Position numbers and translations under genes: made by a program. The notes below the pieces were generated by a model. The model searched no databases. It was given only the letters and a program-made list of their open reading frames with translations, and was not told the DNA's origin. A stretch of 64,000 nt of DNA from an uncultured Gemmatimonadales bacterium (GTDB taxonomy: Bacteria; Gemmatimonadota; Gemmatimonadetes; Gemmatimonadales; GWC2-71-9), in contig CAWCVB010000005.1 in assembly GCA_963798915.1 (NCBI GenBank), positions 324,012-388,011 on the forward strand, in the 5' to 3' direction. Positions 49,540 through 57,376 of this stretch are shown in pieces; within the stretch, counting starts at the first letter, position 1, and the number at the start of each line of letters is the position of its first letter.

Positions 49540-50295
49540 TCAGGCGTGCTCGGCGGCCTGGGCCCGGGACATTGCCGGTACGCCGCCGAGATCTCGCCGC
49601 GCTTTCCAGAGCGATCGGGCAGCTTCGAGCGGCACAACCCGGCTGGGCCGCGGCCGATACTCGTGATGCTCTGGTGCCCGTAAGCTCTCGATCTGCCGGG
49701 CGTGAACCGCTGTGACCGCCAGGAGTTCCGCCCGCGCGGCCCAGCCGTCGGTGCGCAACAGGCGTTGCGGCCGGTCACGAAACGCGTGCCGCAGCGTGAT
49801 CAGCCGGAACGCGGCATATCCACTGACAATGTCCCTCACCCCCGGGATCCGCACGCCAAGCAGCAACGGCGCCAGCTGACGCAACCACCGCCGGGCCCGT
49901 GAGGGCTCGCCGTCATGTTGCCCCTCTGCCACCACCAGGTCTGCTCCACTGTCCAGCCGCCTCACGATGTCGGGCAGCACCTCCGCGTCGTGGGTGAAGT
50001 CGGCGTGCATGACAACCGCGTAGTCGCGCTTGGGCCGGTCGCTTCGCTCCAGCGCAGCGCGAAGCAGCGCCTCCACCGTCGCAGCGTACCCCAGACGCGT
50101 CTCATGGGTCGTCACCGTCAGGGGCAGCACCCGCGAATAGGGTGACAGCACCTCGGCGGTCGAATCCGTCGAGCCGTCATTGGCGACCAGCAGCTGGTAC
50201 TCCCGGGGGAAATCCGTGAAGATGCGCCGGATCTTCCAGAGCAGGAGCCCGACAGTGCGGGCCTCATCATGGGACGGAATGCAGACGTAGATCAT
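49540..50295 (-). CDS. Family 2 glycosyltransferase
   Basis: 251 aa with VCIPSHDEARTVG..LLVANDGSTDST. Confidence 0.85.
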   Translation of the reverse strand: MIYVCIPSHDEARTVGLLLWKIRRIFTDFPREYQLLVANDGSTDSTAEVLSPYSRVLPLTVTTHETRLGYAATVEALLRAALERSDRPKRDYAVVMHADFTHDAEVLPDIVRRLDSGADLVVAEGQHDGEPSRARRWLRQLAPLLLGVRIPGVRDIVSGYAAFRLITLRHAFRDRPQRLLRTDGWAARAELLAVTAVHARQIESLRAPEHHEYRPRPSRVVPLEAARSLWKARRDLGGVPAMSRAQAAEHA

Positions 50296-50355
50296 GCGTC
50301 GTTTTCTGGGTCGAGGGTCGCCTGCATGATAGCGGGGTGGCCGGCTCCTGCGAAA

Positions 50356-52302
50356 TCAGGGCGGGTCAGCGATAGCCATGTGGTGTCCCGAGTCACGGCC
50401 GGTCGCCATGCGGGCGGCGGTGGCCAGCAGCGAACGGAGTTCGGAGAGGCCGAAGGGCTTGTGAAGCCACGGGCGCTCCAGGCTTTCGAGGAATTGCAGG
50501 GTGTCGCCCCGGATCGTATCGCCGGTGGAGAAGAAGATCCGCCGGGCCAGCTGGGGCCGCTCCCGGGCGACATCTTCGAACAGTTCGCGCCCGCCAATCC
50601 GCGGCATGCGCAGGTCGCAGATGATCAGGTCGTGCGTCTCTTTGAGCGCCAGCTGGCGTCCTTCGGCACCGTCCGCGGCCACTTCGACCTCGTGTCCCCA
50701 TGCCTCGAGGGTGGCACGCATATAGTGCAGAATGTGCGGCTCGTCGTCGACGATCAGCACGCGCAGCGTCCGCTCCAGCGGCCGCACCTGCTGGAGGCGT
50801 GTGGAGGCGGGGCTCGTCGCCTCGGTGAACGGGATGTACACCGTGAACGTGGCACCCTGGCCCGGTTCGGTGACCAGCGTAATACGTCCACCGTGCTCGC
50901 GGACAATGCCCTGGCTGATGGGCAGGCCCAAGCCGGTGCCATCGCCATCGCGCTTGGTGCTGAAGAACGCGTCGAAGACGTGCTGTGCCACTTCCGGTGC
51001 CATGCCCGGTCCGTCATCCCGCACGTCGACGGCGACACCTTCGTGGAACCGCCGGGCCGTGAGCGTCACCGTTCCCGGGCGATTGGTCGAGGCGATCGCC
51101 TGCGCAGCGTTTGTCAGCAGATTGACGAAGACCTGCTGCATCCGGTTGGAGTCAAGAACGATAGGCGGCAATCCTGCTTCCACGTCGAGGTGCGCTTCCA
51201 CCCGGCTCGACATCAGCGGGTTCCGCAGGAGCGCCATGGTGGAACCCAGCAGTTCGCGCAGGTCGGCGGGTGCCCGCTGATGATCCTGCTTGCGAGCAAA
51301 GTTGAGCAGGTTGCGAACGATGGCTGAGGCCCGCTCCGCTTCCTCGCGGATGACGGCCAGGGGCTCCCGCAGCGGGGCGGGCACGTCGGGTATTTCGCCG
51401 AGGAAATCAGAAAAGCCGACGACCGAAGCCAGGGGATTATTGAGCTCGTGTGCCACGCCGGCAATCAGCTGGCCCATGGCGGACAGCTTGGCACTCTGCA
51501 ACAGCTGCTCCTGGAGGCGCCGCTCCTCGGTCTGGTCCTGGAACAGCAGGACAATGCCGGCGTTCTCACCCTCGCCAACGGGAATGCCGCTCACCGCATA
51601 GGAGCGTGAGGCGGTCTGGAGCTCGACCTCCTGCCGGAGGGGAAACGCGAGGACCCGCTCGAGATCTTCGGCCCACTCGCTGGGCACGAATCCGGTCCAC
51701 GGACGGCCGACCAGCACCGCCGGCGGAGCACTCACGAGCTCGGCGAAGGCGCGATTGGCACGCCGTATGCTTCCGGAGCGGTCCACGATGCAGATGGCGA
51801 GCTTGAGGGCGTCGACGACCTCTTGCCATGAGCGCCGGCCATCATCATAGATATCGACGAGTTTGGCGCTCTCAATCGCCACTGTGCCTTGTGCGGCGAT
51901 GGCGGCGAGAAGGTCACCAGCAATGGCGGCGAGCCCGCCGACCGGGTCGCGAACCGCGATGAAGCCGCGCACTTGTCGGCGAGCGAGGAAAGGGGCCAGC
52001 TTCCAGTGGCCGGCGGCGTCGTCGAACGTTACGGGCATCTCGCCCGCCAGATGGTCGGCGATTGAGCTGCGGTCCGCATCGGGCTCCGGCCACGTGTGCA
52101 GCAGCGGCGGGCGCGAGGCGTCGCCCTCGGACAGGGCGAGCACGATTTCCGCGGGGCGGAAGACCTCGCGTGCGGTCTCCATCAGGATGTCGATCACCGC
52201 ATCCTGGCGTAGTACTCCGGCAAGTTCGTGGCTCAGGCGGGCCAGGCGCCTGGCGAGGGCGCCGGAATCAGCAAGGTCTGGACGTGCGAGAGGATGTTCC
52301 AT
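50356..52302 (-). CDS. Hybrid sensor histidine kinase with a C-terminal receiver domain
   Basis: The start was taken at MEHPLARPD (52302). It has GAF- and PAS-like regions, the H-box AGVAHELNNPL, the HATPase motifs DDGPGM and GTGLGL, and the receiver LIVDDEPHIL..DLIICDLRMP. Confidence 0.88.
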   Translation of the reverse strand: MEHPLARPDLADSGALARRLARLSHELAGVLRQDAVIDILMETAREVFRPAEIVLALSEGDASRPPLLHTWPEPDADRSSIADHLAGEMPVTFDDAAGHWKLAPFLARRQVRGFIAVRDPVGGLAAIAGDLLAAIAAQGTVAIESAKLVDIYDDGRRSWQEVVDALKLAICIVDRSGSIRRANRAFAELVSAPPAVLVGRPWTGFVPSEWAEDLERVLAFPLRQEVELQTASRSYAVSGIPVGEGENAGIVLLFQDQTEERRLQEQLLQSAKLSAMGQLIAGVAHELNNPLASVVGFSDFLGEIPDVPAPLREPLAVIREEAERASAIVRNLLNFARKQDHQRAPADLRELLGSTMALLRNPLMSSRVEAHLDVEAGLPPIVLDSNRMQQVFVNLLTNAAQAIASTNRPGTVTLTARRFHEGVAVDVRDDGPGMAPEVAQHVFDAFFSTKRDGDGTGLGLPISQGIVREHGGRITLVTEPGQGATFTVYIPFTEATSPASTRLQQVRPLERTLRVLIVDDEPHILHYMRATLEAWGHEVEVAADGAEGRQLALKETHDLIICDLRMPRIGGRELFEDVARERPQLARRIFFSTGDTIRGDTLQFLESLERPWLHKPFGLSELRSLLATAARMATGRDSGHHMAIADPP

Positions 52303-53011
52303 GATCCGTGCCGATCTGCGCAGTAGTCTACAGGCTGATGATCTGGACCTGGTGCTGCAGCTGCTCAGTGGCGGCTCCGCCGGGCACCGGAAGCGTCTCG
52401 AGCGGCAGCTTGCGGTCGAAGGTCCAGATGCGCTGCTGGATTCGCCGGGCCTGCTGGAGCTGCTGGTTGCCGCGCGGAGCATGCTCGTGCCGGGTGAGCG
52501 GCTTTTTCTCTACGTCGCGATGCGCCATTTCCTGCGAGCGTCCGGGCTCGACGACCGGGATCTCACCGACTACCTGGCCTCGCTGGTGCTTGCATTCGGC
52601 GAACGGGACCGCGCCAATCGCGTGGCATGGCACGACGACCAGCATCACACCTACCTGGTCGATATCCTGGCCGACCTCGAAAGCACCGAGGGCGAGCGAC
52701 GTTTCCAGGTGATGGTCCACCTTGGCAACTATGCTCTGTGGCTCTCCGGCCTCTTCCCGGATTATATCGCCGCGCGGCGCGCGCGCCACGGTGGACCCGA
52801 CGTTTCGTACTATGACTCGATGGGCCGCCGGGGTTTCGGCCTCGCCGCTGAGCACGTGCTCGCCGGCCGCTATGGTCTGGATGACGTTTTCCGCGTGGCG
52901 GCTGCTTCCATTGTGCCGTTGCGTGCCGCGCTCAATGGTGTCAGCGACCGCTTCCTGTTTCCGTCATCGCTGACCCCTGAGCGCCTCATGCGGCAACTGG
53001 GCGTGCACTGA
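52301..53011 (+). CDS. Hypothetical protein (start uncertain)
   Basis: 236 aa counted from the ATG at 52301 (MIRADLRSSLQ..). The frame stays open and has coding-like composition to 53011. I recognise no family. Confidence 0.5.
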   Translation: MIRADLRSSLQADDLDLVLQLLSGGSAGHRKRLERQLAVEGPDALLDSPGLLELLVAARSMLVPGERLFLYVAMRHFLRASGLDDRDLTDYLASLVLAFGERDRANRVAWHDDQHHTYLVDILADLESTEGERRFQVMVHLGNYALWLSGLFPDYIAARRARHGGPDVSYYDSMGRRGFGLAAEHVLAGRYGLDDVFRVAAASIVPLRAALNGVSDRFLFPSSLTPERLMRQLGVH

Positions 53012-53684
53012 GCGCCTGGGCGAACGCTTGAAAAAGGCCTGCCTCGGGTGCGCCGCGGTCCACACCCACGAGGTCTTCCGGGTGCCATTGCACGCCGACC
53101 ATCCAGGGACCGGCATGGGTTTCGATCGCCTCGACCAGGCCGTCATCGCTGGAGGCCACCGGGACGACGCCCGGCCCCAGCTCGCGCAGGCCTTGATGAT
53201 GCGCCGAGTTGACGGCCAGTTCTCCGCAGCCGAGGGCGCGCGCCAAGGCACTGCCTGCGACGACCTGCACGGCATGAGTTCGCTGCTCGCGCGGCACATC
53301 GGGTGCATGGCCCACGGCGCTCGGGCGTTCGGATGGCAGGTCCTGCCAGAGTGTGCCCCCGAGCGCGACATTGACCAATTGCATGCCCCGGCAGATGGCG
53401 AGCACGGGCAGTCCTCGAGATCGCGCCTCATGGAACAGGGCGAGCTCAAGCTGGTCCCGGTCGCGCGCCATGGCCGGATCAATGTCTTCGCCGCCGGTCA
53501 GCAGGAGTCCGGCCATGCCGTCCAGCAAGCGTGGCGCCAGCGCCAGCGGGCTGAGCGGCGAGGCGACCAGCGTGGGCACGCCCTGCATTGACAGCGCGCG
53601 CAGATAAGGCGCGTCGACGCCAGCGTGCGCTCGTGCCCCCCGCTGGTCTATGTCGCCCGTGACCAGCACGCGCCCGCCACTCAC
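52986..53684 (-). CDS. Gamma-glutamyl-GABA hydrolase-like class I glutamine amidotransferase (peptidase C26)
   Basis: 232 aa with LLLTGGEDIDP, LAICRGMQLVNVALGGTL, HHQG and GVQWHPE. Confidence 0.88.
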   Translation of the reverse strand: MSGGRVLVTGDIDQRGARAHAGVDAPYLRALSMQGVPTLVASPLSPLALAPRLLDGMAGLLLTGGEDIDPAMARDRDQLELALFHEARSRGLPVLAICRGMQLVNVALGGTLWQDLPSERPSAVGHAPDVPREQRTHAVQVVAGSALARALGCGELAVNSAHHQGLRELGPGVVPVASSDDGLVEAIETHAGPWMVGVQWHPEDLVGVDRGAPEAGLFQAFAQALSARPVAA

Positions 53685-54178
53685 TTGCGGAGCGAATCCG
53701 GGAACGCGCCGCAGCTCGGATCTTCGTACACATCCGATCCGGCCTCGACGCCGATCAGCGGCGCGGTCATCTCGCCAAACGTGACGGTGCCCAGTTCGGG
53801 CGCGCCCTCGATGGGCGGACCCTTGTACAGCATGACGCCCTTGGCAGTACCGTCAGGATCGGTGACCAGGACCCCGAAGCCGAGCACGAAATTGGCCGGC
53901 ACGGCGCCCTCCACACCAACGAGAACTACCGAGTCAGCGGCCGCGGACCTGCCGATCACGCTGGAAAATGCCCCGCCCCCGGCGATGCGAGCCGGCAGGC
54001 GCGGGGGCAGCCGCCGTGGGGCGCGGCCCAGCGTCCTCTGCGGGATGGTGAATTGATTGAGCAGTTGCGACGGCCCGACCATGGCGGCGATGCCACAATT
54101 GGCACGGCCCGACGTGCCGCTGCCCTTGCAGGCAAGCACCGCGAGCAGCAAGCAGAACATTGCATGAGATCTTGGCAT
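53681..54178 (-). CDS. Lipoprotein of unknown function
   Basis: The start is MPRSHAMFCLLLAVLAC (lipobox). It overlaps the downstream amidotransferase gene by 4 nt. Confidence 0.5.
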   Translation of the reverse strand: MPRSHAMFCLLLAVLACKGSGTSGRANCGIAAMVGPSQLLNQFTIPQRTLGRAPRRLPPRLPARIAGGGAFSSVIGRSAAADSVVLVGVEGAVPANFVLGFGVLVTDPDGTAKGVMLYKGPPIEGAPELGTVTFGEMTAPLIGVEAGSDVYEDPSCGAFPDSLRK

Positions 54179-54309
54179 TCCAAAGCTCCAGCCGGGGCCT
54201 CGCTGAGTCGCTGATGGCAAAGATAACGTGCCTTTGGTCGCCGAGTGGTCGCTTGACGCCCCGGGTTGCCCCTCGTAACGTTTGCCTTTCCCTTGAGAGC
54301 AGGCGCCCC

Positions 54310-54867
54310 GTGGCAGCATTTGACGGACTCAAAGCCCGTCTGGAACGACTCTTTGCGGAATCGGCGGGCGATCCCGCCGCCGGCCTGCGGGAGGCGCTGG
54401 TCGAAATGCGCGTGGGCCTTGGCGTCATGCGCGATGCGCTGCACCGGACTGAGCAGGAGCTGGCCGCCGAGCGGCGTCAGCTCGGTGATGCGGAGCGGCG
54501 ACAGTCGCTGGCCGCCGACATCAACGATGCGGAAACGGTTCGAGTCGCGGAGCGCTTCGTCATTCGCCATCGGGAACGCTCGGCGGTGCTTGAGCGCAAG
54601 CTCTCGGTGCAGCGCGACGAGCTTGCGCTGGCCGAGCGCGAGGTCGAGGAACTCACGGCTCAGTATCGCTCGTCTTCCCTCGGGGCCGGGGAGGCGGCGG
54701 CGTCGATCAAGCGCGCCTGGCGCGATCTGGCGGCGGCCGGCGGTACCCGGCCCGAGATGGATCTGGACGCTGAACTGGAGAAGGCCGAGGCAGATCGGAA
54801 GCTGCATGAAGCTGCCGTAGAAGCACAGCTGGCACAGCTCAAACGCAAGCTCGGACGACAACCCTGA
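54310..54867 (+). CDS. Coiled-coil protein (possibly PspA/IM30-like); start uncertain
   Basis: The frame is open from 54160. A GTG at 54310 gives VAAFDGLKARLERLF.. and the rest is heptad-rich and Ala/Glu/Arg-rich. An alternative ATG lies at 54214. Confidence 0.45.
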   Translation: MAAFDGLKARLERLFAESAGDPAAGLREALVEMRVGLGVMRDALHRTEQELAAERRQLGDAERRQSLAADINDAETVRVAERFVIRHRERSAVLERKLSVQRDELALAEREVEELTAQYRSSSLGAGEAAASIKRAWRDLAAAGGTRPEMDLDAELEKAEADRKLHEAAVEAQLAQLKRKLGRQP

Positions 54868-54893
54868 TCCTTCTCACGACAGGAGCCCGCTCC

Positions 54894-56429
54894 TTGCCCT
54901 CCCATGCCCAAGCGGCCGAGACCGCGCTGGATCCAGCCGCCGACCGCGGCTTCTTTGGCCATCCCCGCGGCCTGGCAACGCTCTTCTTCACCGAAATGTG
55001 GGAGCGGTTCAGCTATTACGGGATGCGAGCCATCCTGATGCTGTTCATGACGGCCGCGGTCGTCAACGGTGGTCTCGGATTCGATGCCGCGACCGCGGGG
55101 CCGATCTACGGCCTGTACACCTCGATGGTGTACGTCGTGGCACTGCCAGGCGGGTGGTTTGCCGACCGGGTAATCGGCCAGCGGCACGCCGTGCTGATCG
55201 GTGGCATCGTCATCATGCTTGGCCATATCTCGCTGGCCATGGAAGGGCTTCCATTCTTCCTCCTGGGCCTCTTCCTGGTGATCTGTGGCACTGGACTGCT
55301 CAAGCCGAACATTTCGACCATGGTGGGCCAGCTCTACTCGGCAGATGATGCCCGCCGTGATTCCGGCTTTTCGCTCTTCTACATGGGCATCAACCTGGGC
55401 GGCTTCCTCGCGCCGCTTGCGTGCGGCTTCCTGGCCCAACATCCCCGCTTTCATATGCTGCTGGAATCGTGGGGCATGAACCCCAACCGGTCCTGGCACT
55501 GGGGCTTCGGAGCGGCCGCGGTCGGGATGTTCTTCGGGATCCTGCAGTATGTGCTGGGTGCGCGGCACCTGCGCAGCGCGGGTCTCGCGCCCGGGGACCC
55601 GCTTGCGCGCAACCGACGCAATCTCGCCAAGATCGTGCTGGCCGCGCTGATCCTGGGGGGCGCCGCCATCCTGCTGCTGTCGGGCAGCAGCGCCATCGCT
55701 GCGATGCCCACCGTCAACAAGACCATGGCCGTGGTGCTGCTGGTTACCCCGATCGCGTTCTTCACCTGGTTGCTGACCGTCGGCAGCCGGAACCGCGACG
55801 AGCGGAAGCGACATCTTGTCATCTTCGTGCTCTTCCTGGGAGCATCCGTCTTCTGGTCGGCCTTCGAGCAGGCGGGCTCGACGCTCACACTGTTCGCCAA
55901 GGAAAGCACGAGGCATGCATTCCTTGGCATCACCTTTCCCGCGTCGTGGTTCCAGTCGGTCAACTCCCTCTGGATCATTCTGCTGGCACCGGTATTCGCA
56001 TGGCTCTGGCTCCGGCTCGGCAGGCGCGAACCATCCACACCCACCAAGTTCGCCCTTGGGTTGTTCTTTCTGGCGGCCGGATTTGCCATCCTCATCCCGG
56101 CGGCGCGGTTCTCGGCCGGCGGAGGGTCGGTAAGTCCCGGCTGGCTGATCACCACCTACCTGCTGCATACCATCGGCGAGCTGTGCCTGAGCCCGGTCGG
56201 CCTGTCGGCCATGACCAAGCTTGCGCCGATACGCTATGCGGGCCTGATGCTGGGCGTATGGTTCCTGGCGGCGTCGGTCGGGAATTTCATTGGCGGCAAC
56301 GTGGCCGGCCTGTACGATGCCTTCACCACGGACCAGATTTTCACGGCCGTGACGGTCTTTGTCCTCGGCGCATGTGCCCTGATGCTGGTATTCGTCCGGC
56401 CCATCAAGCGGATGCTGGCGAGGGAATGA
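54894..56429 (+). CDS. POT/PTR2-family proton-dependent oligopeptide transporter
   Basis: 511 aa with FGHPRGLATLFFTEMWERFSYYGMRAILMLFM. Confidence 0.93.
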   Translation: MPSHAQAAETALDPAADRGFFGHPRGLATLFFTEMWERFSYYGMRAILMLFMTAAVVNGGLGFDAATAGPIYGLYTSMVYVVALPGGWFADRVIGQRHAVLIGGIVIMLGHISLAMEGLPFFLLGLFLVICGTGLLKPNISTMVGQLYSADDARRDSGFSLFYMGINLGGFLAPLACGFLAQHPRFHMLLESWGMNPNRSWHWGFGAAAVGMFFGILQYVLGARHLRSAGLAPGDPLARNRRNLAKIVLAALILGGAAILLLSGSSAIAAMPTVNKTMAVVLLVTPIAFFTWLLTVGSRNRDERKRHLVIFVLFLGASVFWSAFEQAGSTLTLFAKESTRHAFLGITFPASWFQSVNSLWIILLAPVFAWLWLRLGRREPSTPTKFALGLFFLAAGFAILIPAARFSAGGGSVSPGWLITTYLLHTIGELCLSPVGLSAMTKLAPIRYAGLMLGVWFLAASVGNFIGGNVAGLYDAFTTDQIFTAVTVFVLGACALMLVFVRPIKRMLARE

Positions 56430-56439
56430 GGACGCTGGC

Positions 56440-57282
56440 GTGAGGCGGCTTCGGATCGCCGCCTGCATGGCCCTCGGAAGTGTCGCGTTGACGGCGTGCG
56501 ACCGGCCGCCGGCCAGCCCGGCCTCCACCAGCCTGCCGGGTGTCGTCGCGCTGCGGGTGCCGCCTGACTCGGAGATTCCGGACGGGCCGATGGGGATTGC
56601 CATCCGGCGCGGCCGTGCCTTGCTGGATCACACGCGTGACAGCATGCCAGCATTTGTAGGCAACAGGCTGAACTGCACCAGCTGTCATCCCGCCAATGGC
56701 ACTCAGGCCAACGCCATTCCCTGGGTGGGCGTGTATGCCCGCTTTCCGCAATACCGTGCGCGCAGTGCTGCCGTCCTCACCATCGAAGAGAGAATTGCCG
56801 GCTGCTTCCGAAGATCCATGAACGGCACGGCGCCGCCAGCCGGGAACCGGGATGTCGCCGACATCGTCGCTTACTTTGCGTGGTTATCGCGGGGCGTGCC
56901 GCAAGGAGCCAAGGTGGAAGGACAGGGCCTGCCGCGGTTCGAACTGCTGCATGGCGATACGGCGGCCGGCCGCGCGCTCTACGCCGCCGAATGCGCCCGA
57001 TGTCATAACGCCGATGGCTCGGGCAACGTGGGGCCGGCATTATGGGGAGACGGCAGTTACAACATTGGCGCCGGCATGGCGCGCATCCGCACCGCTGGCT
57101 CGTTCATCCGCCACAACATGCCGTTTGACAAGCCGGGGACGCTGTCAGACGCCCAAGCGGCCAATCTCGCCGCCTACATCAATGCCCAGCCCCGTCCCGA
57201 CCTGCCCGGAAAGGAAAACGACTGGCCCAACGGCGATGCACCACCGGATGCGGCCTATCCGACGCTGGCGTCCCCGCGGTAG
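56440..57282 (+). CDS. Diheme c-type cytochrome lipoprotein (COG3258 / TsdA-like)
   Basis: 280 aa with lipobox LTAC and two CxxCH motifs (CTSCH and CARCH). ARFPQYRARSAAVLTIEERIAGCFRRSMNG resembles the thiosulfate dehydrogenase family. Confidence 0.7.
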   Translation: MRRLRIAACMALGSVALTACDRPPASPASTSLPGVVALRVPPDSEIPDGPMGIAIRRGRALLDHTRDSMPAFVGNRLNCTSCHPANGTQANAIPWVGVYARFPQYRARSAAVLTIEERIAGCFRRSMNGTAPPAGNRDVADIVAYFAWLSRGVPQGAKVEGQGLPRFELLHGDTAAGRALYAAECARCHNADGSGNVGPALWGDGSYNIGAGMARIRTAGSFIRHNMPFDKPGTLSDAQAANLAAYINAQPRPDLPGKENDWPNGDAPPDAAYPTLASPR

Positions 57283-57304
57283 GGCAGAGAGATGAGAGCT
57301 AAAA

Positions 57305-57376
57305 GCTGAAGGCAGTAGCTTCGCTCAGCCTTCAGCCTTCAGCCTTCAGCCTTCAGCCTTCAGCCTTCAGCCTTCA
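57305..57376. repeat. Second (CAGCCTT)n locus: anti-repeat GCTGAAGGC, TTCGCT linker and seven units plus CA
   Basis: GCTGAAGGC (57305-57313) is the exact complement of GCCTTCAGC in the array. The units run 57326-57374. The flank AGCTTCGCTCAG matches AGTTTCGCTCAG at 7759-7770. The final TCA is the TGA stop of the TonB receptor gene. Confidence 0.9.

Noticed and set aside
54660-56603. 647-aa minus-strand ORF
   Set aside because: It is antisense to the POT transporter, which carries the canonical FTEMWERFSYYGMRAIL motif. The composition is a basic, low-complexity shadow translation.
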